The position numbers were made by a program, and so were the translations under genes. Shown piece by piece: positions 37,455 to 46,761 of a stretch of 64,000 bases of DNA. The stretch lies in contig JAGYKS010000021.1 of assembly GCA_018401565.1 (NCBI GenBank), positions 29,307 to 93,306 on the forward strand. Direction: 5' to 3'. The stretch is from Acidimicrobiales bacterium. Its GTDB lineage: Bacteria; Actinomycetota; Acidimicrobiia; Acidimicrobiales; Acidimicrobilacustridaceae. The notes below the pieces were generated by a model. That model was not told where the DNA came from and did not search any database. It saw only the letters and a list, made by a program, of their open reading frames with translations. Position 1 is the first letter of the stretch. Every line of letters starts with the position of its first letter.

Positions 37455-39752
37455 ATGGCCATCAACAACTGGTTCGAGGGCACGATCGGCAACACCCTTG
37501 CCGAGTCGACTCCCCACTTCCGCACGGCGCCACATCCCGGGCCGGATGCCCCCGACGTGGTGGTGGTGCTGCTCGACGACCTGGGGTTCGCCCAGCTGGG
37601 CTGTTACGGGTCGACCATGCGCACCCCCAACATCGATGCGGTGGCCGCCGGAGGTCTGCGGTACACCAACTTCCACACCACCCCCCTGTGCTCACCGACA
37701 CGTGCCGCGCTGCTGACCGGCCGCAACCACCACAGCGTGGGCATGCGGGCGATTGCCAACTTCAACACCGGCTTCCCCCACATGACCGGACATATCTCCG
37801 AGCACGCCGCCACCATGGCCGAGGTGCTGGGCGACGCCGGCTACGCAACGTTCTGTGTCGGCAAGTGGCACCTGGTGCCCATGGAGTCGGCGTCGGCTGC
37901 CGGTCCGTTCGACCAATGGCCGTGCCAGCGGGGCTTTGACCGCTACTACGGGTTCCTGCAGGGGGAAACCGACCAGTTCTCCCCCGAGCTCACCTACGAC
38001 AACCACCACATCGACCCACCGGCCACCTCAGGTCCCGACGGAGGCGCCTACCACCTCACCGAGGATCTGATTGACCACCTCGACCTGTTCGTGCGCGACT
38101 CGGTGTCGGTGCGACCCGACCGACCGTTCTTCGCCTACGTGGCACTGGGCGCCATGCACGCTCCCCACCAGGCCCCCGCCGACTACCTCGCCAAATGGCG
38201 GGGTGCGTTCGACGATGGCTGGGATGTCGCCCGCCAGCAATGGTTTGAACGGCAGTTGGACATGGGCGTCATCCCAACCGGGACGGAGTTGGCCCCGCGC
38301 AACCCCGGGGTGAAGCCGTGGGACGACCTGAGCGACAACGAACGAGCCGTGGGCGCCCGCCTGCAGGAGGCCTTCGCCGCTTTCCTCGAGCACACCGACG
38401 ACCAGATCGGACGGGTGGTGGCCATGCTCGACGAGCTGGGACGACTCGACAACACCCTGCTCGTCATCACGTCGGACAACGGCGCCAGCCAGGAGGGTGG
38501 CCCGTTCGGCGTGATGCACGAGATGAAGTTCTTCAATGGCGCCTTCGACACCGCTGACGACATGGTGGATCGCATTGACGACATCGGTGGTCCCCACAGC
38601 CACACCAACTACCCGTGGGGCTGGGCCATGGCTGGCAACACCCCGGGCAAGTGGTACAAGCAGAACACCCACGGGGGTGGGGTGCGAGACCCGCTGGTGA
38701 TGCAGTGGCCGAATCGCATCACCGACACCGGTGGGTTGCGGCACCAGTTCCACCACGTCACCGACATCGCCCCCACCATCTACGAACTCGTGGGCGTGAC
38801 CGCTCCCGACACCCGAAGGGGGCTCGAGCAGATCCCGCTGGCCGGCACCTCCCTGGCGTACACCTTTGACGATGCCGCCGCGGAAACCAGCAAGCAGGTC
38901 CAGTACTTCGAGATGGTGGGTCACCGCGGCATCTGGGCCGACGGGTGGAAGGCGGTCACCCGCCACGTCGCCGGGACGAACTACGACGATGGCGACGTGT
39001 GGGAGCTCTACCACCTCGACGAGGACTTTTCCGAGGTCAACGACCTGGCAGCCACCCATCCCGACAAGCTGGCCGAGCTGGTGGCGCTGTGGTGGGAACA
39101 GGCCCACCTGTACGGGGTGCTCCCGCTCGATGACCGCCTCGTGACCCTGTTCGGCAGTAGCCGGCAGGACCACAGCCCCCATCAGTCCCTCAACTACTCC
39201 TACTTCCCGCCCCGGCCGCCGTTGGCGCTGTCGCACCTGCCCATGGAGGCCACCCCGGCGCTGGGAGGACGCAGCTTCACCATGACCGCCGCCGTGGACC
39301 GCTCCGGCGAGGCCAGCGGGGTGCTGTTCGCACTCGGTACCGAGAACTCCGGCGTGTCGCTGTTCGTCGACGATGACGGTCATGTGTGCTTCGACTACAA
39401 CGCTTTCGGTGACCACACGCTGGTGCGGTCAGACCATCCGGCCCCTGATGGCCCCTGCACCCTCGGGGTGCGTGTGGAACGCACCGGGTCCACCACCGGC
39501 CTGGCTGAAGTTCTGGTCGACGGCGCCCCCTCAGGCCGTCAGGATCTGCCGTTTTTGATGCGGATCATGACCAGCATCGGGGCCGACATCGGCCTCGACC
39601 GACTGTCACCGGTGAGCACGTCGTATTCGGGAACCAACCGGTTCACCGGGGTGCTGCACCGTCTGGACGTTGCCGCCGAGCCCACCCGCAGCGAGCGTCA
39701 GGCAGCCGAACTCGCCCAGGCCAACCACGACCAGGGCATGTCCCGGCAGTAG
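37455..39752 (+). CDS. Arylsulfatase (large AtsA-like, Cys-type)
   Basis: 765 aa. VVVVLLDDLGFAQLGCYGS...FHTTPLCSPTRAALLTGRNHH is the sulfatase signature CxPxR. Also present are GKWHL, SDNGA and YPWGWAMAGNTP. It starts 1 nt after the upstream sulfatase stop. Confidence 0.9.
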   Translation: MAINNWFEGTIGNTLAESTPHFRTAPHPGPDAPDVVVVLLDDLGFAQLGCYGSTMRTPNIDAVAAGGLRYTNFHTTPLCSPTRAALLTGRNHHSVGMRAIANFNTGFPHMTGHISEHAATMAEVLGDAGYATFCVGKWHLVPMESASAAGPFDQWPCQRGFDRYYGFLQGETDQFSPELTYDNHHIDPPATSGPDGGAYHLTEDLIDHLDLFVRDSVSVRPDRPFFAYVALGAMHAPHQAPADYLAKWRGAFDDGWDVARQQWFERQLDMGVIPTGTELAPRNPGVKPWDDLSDNERAVGARLQEAFAAFLEHTDDQIGRVVAMLDELGRLDNTLLVITSDNGASQEGGPFGVMHEMKFFNGAFDTADDMVDRIDDIGGPHSHTNYPWGWAMAGNTPGKWYKQNTHGGGVRDPLVMQWPNRITDTGGLRHQFHHVTDIAPTIYELVGVTAPDTRRGLEQIPLAGTSLAYTFDDAAAETSKQVQYFEMVGHRGIWADGWKAVTRHVAGTNYDDGDVWELYHLDEDFSEVNDLAATHPDKLAELVALWWEQAHLYGVLPLDDRLVTLFGSSRQDHSPHQSLNYSYFPPRPPLALSHLPMEATPALGGRSFTMTAAVDRSGEASGVLFALGTENSGVSLFVDDDGHVCFDYNAFGDHTLVRSDHPAPDGPCTLGVRVERTGSTTGLAEVLVDGAPSGRQDLPFLMRIMTSIGADIGLDRLSPVSTSYSGTNRFTGVLHRLDVAAEPTRSERQAAELAQANHDQGMSRQ

Positions 39753-39761
39753 CGGACGACT

Positions 39762-40367
39762 TCAGGCCGACAGCAGGCGGCTCAGCGCCCCGACCAGGGT
39801 CGAACGGATCTCGGGCAACGACATCTGCCCGGTGGCGCCGAGATGCTCGGGGGCCTCGAACTGGGTGAGTGCATCCACCGCGCCAAGCACCTCGGCGGCG
39901 GTGGCGTCATCGAGGGCGGCCAGCTCGGGCGCGAACATCTCTGCTGTCTGATCCCGCATCTGGCGACGACGAACCGCCAGTTGCTCAGCGATGATGGGAA
40001 GATCCCCTGACCGGATGACAGCAACCCGAACGGTGTCAGCAACTGCGGTGTACAGCGTCAGCCGGGCATCAACCAGGCGCTCGATACGGGACCCCAGCGG
40101 GTCCGAAGTGTCGGTGTTCAGCTCAAACAACGGCTCGTTGCGCTCCACGTGGCGACCGATTGCGGTGGTAATGAGATCGTCGTTGTCGTCGAAGTAGCGG
40201 TAGACGCTTCGCAGCGAGATCCCCGAACGCTCGGCCACCTCGGGGGCACTGGGTGGGATCAGGCCTTCGGTGAACAACTCGATGACCGCATCCATCACGG
40301 CGTCACGATTGCGATCACGCCTGGCCGTGCGTCCATCGATCCGGGGTCGGGGAGGGGTGGTGGTCAC
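39762..40367 (-). CDS. TetR/AcrR family transcriptional regulator
   Basis: RNRDAVMDAVIELFTEGLIPPSAPEVAERSGISLRSVYRYFDDNDDLI is a TetR HTH. The GTG start at 40365-67 overlaps the FGE stop (GTGA at 40364-67). Confidence 0.8.
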   Translation of the reverse strand: MTTTPPRPRIDGRTARRDRNRDAVMDAVIELFTEGLIPPSAPEVAERSGISLRSVYRYFDDNDDLITTAIGRHVERNEPLFELNTDTSDPLGSRIERLVDARLTLYTAVADTVRVAVIRSGDLPIIAEQLAVRRRQMRDQTAEMFAPELAALDDATAAEVLGAVDALTQFEAPEHLGATGQMSLPEIRSTLVGALSRLLSA

Positions 40368-41170
40368 GAGACATCCTTTACACATCGAAATCCGGTGTTT
40401 CCGGTTGAACTGTCTGAGGTTGAGCCTGTGCGGGCCCCGGGCCGATACCTGCGACAGTAAGAAGCGTGGCACAAGTACGAGCCACCCTTGATCACCCACC
40501 GATCCCCGCTGGGGTCGGCCGGCGACACGAAATGGTCGCTGGTCCACTCCCACACGTTGCCCACCATGTTGAACATGCCGAAACCGTTGGGTTCGAAGGC
40601 GTCCACCGGGCACGTGCCTGCCCAGCCGTCGGCGGCGGTGTCATGGGTGGGAAACGTGCCCTGAAACACGTTGGCCATGTGCCGGCCGTCGGGCTCGAGG
40701 TCATCTCCCCACGACCACACCGTGGTGGTGTCGGCACGGGCTGCGTACTCCCACTCGGCCTCGGTGGGCAGGCGATATCCAGCCCAGCTGGCATAGGCCG
40801 AGGCGTCGTCATGCGACACGTGGACCACGGGATGGTCCCACAGCCCGGCCAGCGTGCTGTCGGGTCCGGTTGGGTGATTCCACACCGCACCGTGAACCTG
40901 ACGCCACCACTGGGCTGACGCCACGCCCCGGGTGTCAACGAACTCGTCGGGCAGGAGTCCGGCGAACACGAACGACCACCCGAACCGCTCGGCGTCAGTG
41001 ACGTGCCCGGTGGCGTCAACGAAGGCGGCAAACTCCACGTTGGACACCGCACAGGCGCCGATGGAGAACCGGGCCACGGTGACGCTGCGCACCGGGCCCT
41101 CACCGTCGGCGGGATACGACCACGCACTGTCGTCGCCCATGGCGAACTCGCCACCGGGCAGATCGACCAT
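40364..41170 (-). CDS. Formylglycine-generating enzyme (FGE/SUMF1 family)
   Basis: MVDLPGGEFAMGDD...VSNVEFAAFVDATGHVTDAE..., HPVVHVSHDDASAYASWAGYRLPTEAEWEYAAR, FGMFNMVGNVWEWTSD and GGSYLCHASYCRRYRPGAR are canonical FGE motifs, including the catalytic Cys pair. ATG 41168-70 is preceded by GAGGTGG. Confidence 0.9.
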   Translation of the reverse strand: MVDLPGGEFAMGDDSAWSYPADGEGPVRSVTVARFSIGACAVSNVEFAAFVDATGHVTDAERFGWSFVFAGLLPDEFVDTRGVASAQWWRQVHGAVWNHPTGPDSTLAGLWDHPVVHVSHDDASAYASWAGYRLPTEAEWEYAARADTTTVWSWGDDLEPDGRHMANVFQGTFPTHDTAADGWAGTCPVDAFEPNGFGMFNMVGNVWEWTSDHFVSPADPSGDRWVIKGGSYLCHASYCRRYRPGARTGSTSDSSTGNTGFRCVKDVS

Positions 41171-41201
41171 CACCTGGGGGCCACCACCTCTTGCTGGCTG
41201 C

Positions 41202-41960
41202 TCACGCCCAGCCGCCGGAATAGCCCAGGAACTGTCCGGTGGTGAACCCGCTGGTGCCATCCACAAATGCTGCACACATCGCTGCACACTCCTCCACCGT
41301 ACCCAGACGCTTCATGGGCACGGCCCGCTCGATGAGCTCGCGGATGGCGGGGTCGTCGGCGCCGGTGGCGGCCCGGAACTCGGGAAAATCCATGAAGTTG
41401 GTACCCAGGGCGTTGATCTGCACTCCGTGGCGAGCCACCTCGGCGGCCACATTGGCCACCAGGTGGTTGGCTCCGGCACGGGCCGCCGAGTACAGCGGGG
41501 CTCCTGGGGTGACCCTGGCACCGGTCGCACTGGTGAGGACCAGCACCTGGCCACCACCGGCAGCCACCATCGGTGGCACCACTGCCTGCAGGAAGTGGAA
41601 CGGAGCCTCGATGCAGCCGCGAACCACCCGGGCCAGGTCGGTAGACGTGGCATCCACGAACGGGCCGGTCACGATCACTCCAGAGAACATGACGGCGGCG
41701 TCCAGGCGTCCGAACCGGTTCATGGCAGCGTCAACCAGAGCCTGGTAACCCTCAGCAGTGGCGTCGACGACGTCGGTCACGACCTCGACCGCGGCGCCAG
41801 CGGCAGTGAGGGCGTCAACCACACCGTCGGCGGGATCGCCGATCACCAGGTCATGGCCACGGCGGGCCATCTCCAATGCCAGGGCAGGGCCGACAAACAA
41901 CGATCCGTTGTTGATGATGGCAACTCGACGGGACGAATCTGTGGGGCTCGGAGTATCCAT
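41202..41960 (-). CDS. Short-chain dehydrogenase/reductase (SDR) family oxidoreductase
   Basis: ...VLVLTSATGARVTPGAPLYSAARAGANHLVANVAAEVARHGVQINALGTNFMDFP carries the YxxxR/K-type catalytic region. The N-terminal nucleotide-binding motif is atypical (INNGSLFVGPALA). The start is taken at the MDTPSP ATG 41958-60. Confidence 0.7.
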   Translation of the reverse strand: MDTPSPTDSSRRVAIINNGSLFVGPALALEMARRGHDLVIGDPADGVVDALTAAGAAVEVVTDVVDATAEGYQALVDAAMNRFGRLDAAVMFSGVIVTGPFVDATSTDLARVVRGCIEAPFHFLQAVVPPMVAAGGGQVLVLTSATGARVTPGAPLYSAARAGANHLVANVAAEVARHGVQINALGTNFMDFPEFRAATGADDPAIRELIERAVPMKRLGTVEECAAMCAAFVDGTSGFTTGQFLGYSGGWA

Positions 41961-41978
41961 GCCGTCATCGTACTTTTT

Positions 41979-41995
41979 TGGCAAGAAGGCTGCCA
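41979..41995. promoter_or_regulatory. Inverted repeat TGGCA-N7-TGCCA in the SDR / carotenoid-oxygenase divergent intergenic region
   Basis: tttTGGCAagaaggcTGCCAtta lies in a locally AT-richer stretch. It is about 165 nt upstream of the oxygenase ATG and about 20 nt upstream of the SDR ATG. Confidence 0.3.
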
Positions 41996-42160
41996 TTAAT
42001 AGCCCTCGTGCGCCGACATCAGACCCAGCACGACCCCAACCCGTTGTACTGCGACCATGCCCCCACTACGGTCTGGGTCACCGGGCTTCCCGTCGCCACC
42101 ACGTATCCCGGCTTCATGCACCACACACCGGTGGTGCGATCACTGGTGAGGAGTACTGCG

Positions 42161-43618
42161 ATGGCCACTTCGTTCCGACCCGCCACTGGCCACCATCCCG
42201 CCGACGCCTACCTGCGTGGGCCCTATGCACCCGTGCACAGCGAAGTCACCATCGACGACCTCGACGTCCTGGCCGGGGAAATCCCCCACGACCTCGAGGG
42301 TCTGTTCGTGCGAAACGGCTCCAACCCGGTCTTCGAGCCGCCCGGCCGCTACCACTGGTTCGACGGCGACGGCATGGTCCACGGCGTGCACTTTGGCGGT
42401 GGCTCGGCCAGCTACCGCAACCGGTGGGTGCGCACCGCCGGACTGGATGCCGACCTCGACGCCGGTCGGGCCCGGCTGGCCGGCATTTTGGAGCAGCCCG
42501 ACTTCTCGGTGCCCGGCGGCCCGTTCAAAGACACCGGCAACACCGACGTCGTGACCCATGCCGGCCGCCTGTTTGCCCTGTGGTGGCTGTCGGGGGCGGC
42601 GCACGAGCTGGACCCGGTCACGCTGGACACACTCGGAGTGTGCGACTTCGGCGGGACCCTGAACGTCACCATGAATGCCCACCCCAAGGTGGACCCCGGT
42701 ACCGGTGAGATGGTGTTCACCAGCTACTCCATGCTGCCGCCGTACCTGCACATGGGTGTGGTGGGACCCGACGGCACCGTCACCCACCTCGAGGCCATCG
42801 ACCTCCCCGGTCCGCGTCTGCAGCACGACCTCGCCATCACGCCGCGCTACACGGTGCTGCTCGACATGTCGATGATGTTCGACCCCGAACAACTCGCCCA
42901 TGGCCGCACCAAGGTCCGGTTCTTTCGGGACCTGCCCAGTCGTATCGGGGTCGTTCCCCGCCACGGAACAAGCGACGACGTGCGCTGGTTCGAGGTGGAG
43001 CCGTTTTTCATGTACCACGTGATCAACGCCCACGAAGACGGCGACGAGGTGGTGCTGCACGGATGCCGCATGGCCGATCCGCTGGTCGGCGACCCCGACA
43101 ACGTCGTCACCGCCATTGCCGCCTCGCGTGCCATCCCACAGCTCGGGCATCTCCGGTTGGAACCCGTGCTGTGGCAATGGCGGTGCAATCTGGTCACCGG
43201 CGCAGTGACCGAGGGCCCCGTCGATGACACCGTGTCGGAGTTTCCACGCATCAACGACCGCTTCATGGGGCTTGACACCAGCTTCAGCTACTCCCCCACC
43301 TTCGCCGATCGGACAACGCTTGCGTTCGACGGTGTGGTTCGTCACGACCTCGCCAGCGGTGCCACCACGACCCACCACTACGACCACGGCTGGCTGGGCA
43401 ACGAGGCCGTGTTCGCCCCGTCGTCGGATCCCCGGCGCACCGGCGAGTCCGACGGCTACCTGGTCACGTTCGTCACCCACGAGGACACCGGCGCCAGCGA
43501 GGTGCACGTGTTCGATCCATCCAACCTGGCCGCCGGACCGGTGACCCGGTTGGGAATCCCGGTGCGTGTGCCTTTGGGGTACCACACCGAATGGGTGCCA
43601 GCCGGGTCAGCCCGCTGA
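42161..43618 (+). CDS. Carotenoid cleavage oxygenase family protein (CCD/lignostilbene dioxygenase-like)
   Basis: MATSFRP...YAPVHSEVTIDDLDVLAGEIPHDLEGLFVRNGSNPVF...YHWFDGDGMVHGV, NAHPKVDP, LQHDLAITPRY, MYHVINAHEDG and a C-terminal ...GYHTEW carry the four-His RPE65-family pattern. The RBS ggtgaggag lies upstream of ATG 42161. Confidence 0.85.
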   Translation: MATSFRPATGHHPADAYLRGPYAPVHSEVTIDDLDVLAGEIPHDLEGLFVRNGSNPVFEPPGRYHWFDGDGMVHGVHFGGGSASYRNRWVRTAGLDADLDAGRARLAGILEQPDFSVPGGPFKDTGNTDVVTHAGRLFALWWLSGAAHELDPVTLDTLGVCDFGGTLNVTMNAHPKVDPGTGEMVFTSYSMLPPYLHMGVVGPDGTVTHLEAIDLPGPRLQHDLAITPRYTVLLDMSMMFDPEQLAHGRTKVRFFRDLPSRIGVVPRHGTSDDVRWFEVEPFFMYHVINAHEDGDEVVLHGCRMADPLVGDPDNVVTAIAASRAIPQLGHLRLEPVLWQWRCNLVTGAVTEGPVDDTVSEFPRINDRFMGLDTSFSYSPTFADRTTLAFDGVVRHDLASGATTTHHYDHGWLGNEAVFAPSSDPRRTGESDGYLVTFVTHEDTGASEVHVFDPSNLAAGPVTRLGIPVRVPLGYHTEWVPAGSAR

Positions 43619-43641
43619 ACAACGGTCAGGCGACAACCACC

Positions 43642-44925
43642 ATGAGCACCCGATCCAGCCGTCAGCCCCGGCCGTCGCCACAACCGACCTTCGTGCTGGG
43701 CACCTACCAAAGCGACTTCGCCCGCCATCGCGCCCGCGAACACGACACCATCGCAACCCTGTTGGCTGAGGCCACCCTCGGGGTACTGGCCGACGCCGGG
43801 GTGGAACCCGCCGAAGTGGAGGTGGGCCACGTGGGCAACTTCGCCGCTGGCCTGTATGCCAACCAGCGCCATCTGGGCGGATTGCTGGTTGAGGCCCACC
43901 CCGACCTGGTGGGTGTGCCCACGACCCGCCACGAGGCCGCCTGCGCCTCGGGCTCAGTGGCGGTCCTGGCCGCCATGGCCGACCTGGAGGCCGGTCGCTA
44001 CGACGTGGCGTTGGTGGTCGGTGCCGAACTGATGCGCACCATGGGAGCGTTCGAGGCCCAGCAGGGTCTGGGCACTGCGGCGTGGGTGCCGTCAGAAACC
44101 GACGGGGTGGACTGGCCGTGGCCCCAGCTGTTCAGTGATCTCGGTGACGCCTACGACCGCCGCTACGGGCTTGACGACACCCATCTGGCGGCCATCGCCC
44201 GATCCAACTTCGACAACGCCACGCGCAACCCGAGGGCCCAAACCCGCAACTGGACACTCGACGACGCCAGCTTCAGCCGCCACGACGACCAGGCCAACCC
44301 GCAGGTGGCCGGTCGCATCCGGCGCCAGGACTGTTCGCAGGTCACCGATGGGTGCGCAGCAGTCATCCTGGCCTCACCCCGCTTCGCCGAGCAGTGGCGA
44401 CGTCGCCGTGGTCCGACCACCGACAGCGCTGGCATCCCCCGCATCACCGGGTGGGGCCACCACACCGACCGCATGGCCCTGGCCGACAAGCTGGCCGACG
44501 CCGAAGCCGCCGGATCGACCCACGTCCTGCCCAACGTGAGGGCCACGGTCACCGACGCGCTGTCACGAGCCGGGATGGACCTGTGGGACCTCGACGCCAT
44601 CGAGACCCACGACTGCTTCACCACCACCCACTACATGGCCATCGACCATTTCGGCATCACCGAGCCCGGAGCATCGTGGCAGGCCATCGACGACGGCATC
44701 TGCGATTTCGACGGCCGGCTGCCGGTGAATCCCAGCGGTGGGCTGATGGGTGTGGGTCACCCGGTGGGGGCGTCGGGTGTGCGCATGCTGGCTGATCAGG
44801 TCCGTCAGGTCACCGGCACCGCAGGCGACTATCAGGTGCCCGGGGCCCGGCGTGCGGCCACCCTCAACATCGGCGGCAGCGCCACGACGTGCGTGTCACT
44901 GATCGTCGAGTCGGGCACCGACTGA
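43642..44925 (+). CDS. Thiolase-like protein (SCP-x/nonspecific lipid-transfer-type acetyl-CoA acyltransferase)
   Basis: The catalytic Cys context is TTRHEAACASGSVAVLAAMADLEAGRYDVALVVGAELM. The C-terminal motifs are IETHDCFT and NPSGGLMGVGHPVGASGVRM. Confidence 0.8.
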   Translation: MSTRSSRQPRPSPQPTFVLGTYQSDFARHRAREHDTIATLLAEATLGVLADAGVEPAEVEVGHVGNFAAGLYANQRHLGGLLVEAHPDLVGVPTTRHEAACASGSVAVLAAMADLEAGRYDVALVVGAELMRTMGAFEAQQGLGTAAWVPSETDGVDWPWPQLFSDLGDAYDRRYGLDDTHLAAIARSNFDNATRNPRAQTRNWTLDDASFSRHDDQANPQVAGRIRRQDCSQVTDGCAAVILASPRFAEQWRRRRGPTTDSAGIPRITGWGHHTDRMALADKLADAEAAGSTHVLPNVRATVTDALSRAGMDLWDLDAIETHDCFTTTHYMAIDHFGITEPGASWQAIDDGICDFDGRLPVNPSGGLMGVGHPVGASGVRMLADQVRQVTGTAGDYQVPGARRAATLNIGGSATTCVSLIVESGTD

Positions 44926-45033
44926 ACCACCCGTCGCCCACCGACAACCGGCCACCCAACAACCGGCCACCTGGCCACCCGACGACCGGGCAATGGTTCG
45001 TCACGGCGTGACAACGGGTCCATACTGTCGTCC

Positions 45034-46432
45034 ATGACGTCCATCCCGAGCACCGACCGCTCCCCGCTCGCTGCCGCAGCGGTGCAGCCCCATCCCCGGC
45101 ACACCGCCGCCGAACTTGTCGACATCGGCCGACAGTCCCGCAAGGCAGTACCCCGCAGTTCCCACAGTGAGTTCACCCCGGCTGCCGGGCGGGACCCACT
45201 GGCCATCCTGGCCACCCAGGCCACCTCCCGGTTGCCCGACCTCGTACCGGTGCGCCACGCCCGCATGGCGGTGTCGCCATTCACGTTCTTTCGAGGTGCG
45301 GCCGCGGTGATGGCCGCCGACCTGGCCACCACCCCCACCACTGACCTGTTTGTGCAGTTGTGTGGCGACGCCCACCTGCTCAACTTCGGCGGATACGGCA
45401 CCCCCGAACGTCACCTGGCGTTCGACGTCAACGACTTTGACGAGACCCTTCCCGGACCCTTCGAATGGGATGTGAAGCGTCTGGCCGCCAGCGTGGCCGT
45501 GGCCGCCGACGACCGTGGGTTCGGCATCGAGATGCAACGCTCGGCGGCAACCTGCATCGGCAGCGGCCTACCAGGAGACCATCAACAGCATGGCCACCAT
45601 GCCAACCATGGACCGCTGGTACACCCAGGTCAACGTGGACCAGATGCTCCCGCTGCTGCCCGAGCAGGCCCGGCAGCGCGCCGAGCGTCAGGTGACCAAG
45701 GCGTTCAAGCGCACCAGCATGCAGGCCCTGCGCAAGCTCACTGCCGTCGTCGACGGTCAGCTCCGCATCGTGGATGACCCACCCCTCATCATCCACTTCG
45801 ACAGTGAGCTCGTGGACCAACAGCTGGCCACCCTGTTCGAGGGCTACCGGCCCACCCTGTCGAGTGACCGGCGAGACCTGCTGGAGCGCTTCCGCGTCGT
45901 GGACGTAGCCCGCAAGGTCGTTGGTGTGGGGAGCGTCGGTACCCGCTGCTACATCGTGCTGATGGCCGCCTACAGCGACGACAACCCGTTGTTCCTGCAG
46001 GTCAAGCAGGCCCAGGCATCAGTGCTCGAGCCGTTTGTGGGCCCGCCAGCGCAAGCCACCGCCGGGGAGCGGGTGGTGGCCGGTCAACGCCTGATGCAGG
46101 CATCCAGCGACATCTTTTTGGGGTGGGCCGAGGCCGGTGGCCACGAGTACTACCTGCGCCAGCTGCGCGACATGAAGGGGTCGGTGGACATCGACATCAT
46201 CGAACCCGACGGCCTGCACACCTACGCCCGAACGTGTGGGGCCACGCTGGCACGGGCCCATGCCCGATCCGGCAATGTCGAAGCCATCGCCGGCTACCTG
46301 GGCACCAAGGGCACCTTTGCCGACGCCATCGCCCAGTTTTCGGTGGAGTACGCCGCCATCAACGTGGCCGATCACACCGCCATGGTGGAAGCCATCGCCG
46401 AGGGGCGGATCGAGTCCGCCACTCTGGTGTAG
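45034..46432 (+). pseudogene. DUF2252 domain protein, frame broken near 45545-45560
   Basis: ORF 45034..45777: ...LVPVRHARMAVSPFTFFRGAAAVMAADLATTP...VQLCGDAHLLNFGGYGTPERHLAFDVNDFDETLPGPFEWDVKRLAAS. It continues in ORF 45515..46432: ...YQETINSMATMPTMDRWY...VVGVGSVGTRCYIVLM...YLRQLRDMKGS. Confidence 0.75.
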
Positions 46433-46469
46433 AACGTCGGCGTGGTTACGATCCCGGGGAAACACCCGG

Positions 46470-46650
46470 TACGGCCGAGCCCGCAGGATCCCGCACGCCG
46501 GGCGGGCAGCCAATACCGGCGCCTTCACTGCCTGCCGCACCCAGCGAGTTGCGGGGGCCAACGCCGGGACCGGTTGGCGACAGGTCCACGATCTGGTTCG
46601 TGACCACCGGCAGGGTGATTGCAGTCGGACTGGAGCTGACACTGGCTGTG
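46470..46650. repeat. Degenerate copy of the hydrolase-tail coding segment found at about 47060-47240 (roughly 75-80% identical by eye), lying downstream of the cupredoxin stop
   Basis: Shared blocks include gtccacgatctggtt[c/g]gtgaccaccggcagggtgat and cccgcaggat[c/t]ccgcacgc[c/t]ggg[c/a]cggcagcca. On the minus strand both copies encode ITLPVVTNQIVD... and ...PATRWVR[Q/R]AV[K/T]APVLAA[R/V]PACGILRA[R/Q]P. In the 46.5-kb copy these two parts are in different frames. Confidence 0.65.
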
Positions 46651-46761
46651 GTTGAGCACCAAGGCGATCGACACCACACTGGCAAACCCTGATGGAGCGG
46701 TTGGTTCGTGGGTTGTTGCTGGCAGACACTGCTGGCGAATACAACCCTGCAACCTGAGCGG

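Noticed and set aside
38028-39416. 462-aa minus-strand ORF
   Set aside because: It is antisense to the 765-aa arylsulfatase gene, which carries the CSPTR signature.
41979-41995. Sigma-54-like -24/-12 element (TGGCAa-N5-cTGCc with correct GG/GC spacing)
   Set aside because: Actinobacterial-type genomes are not known to encode RpoN, and no enhancer-binding protein is nearby. The same bases form a simple palindrome, so I report it only as a possible operator.
42140-43585. 481-aa minus-strand ORF
   Set aside because: It is antisense to the carotenoid oxygenase gene.
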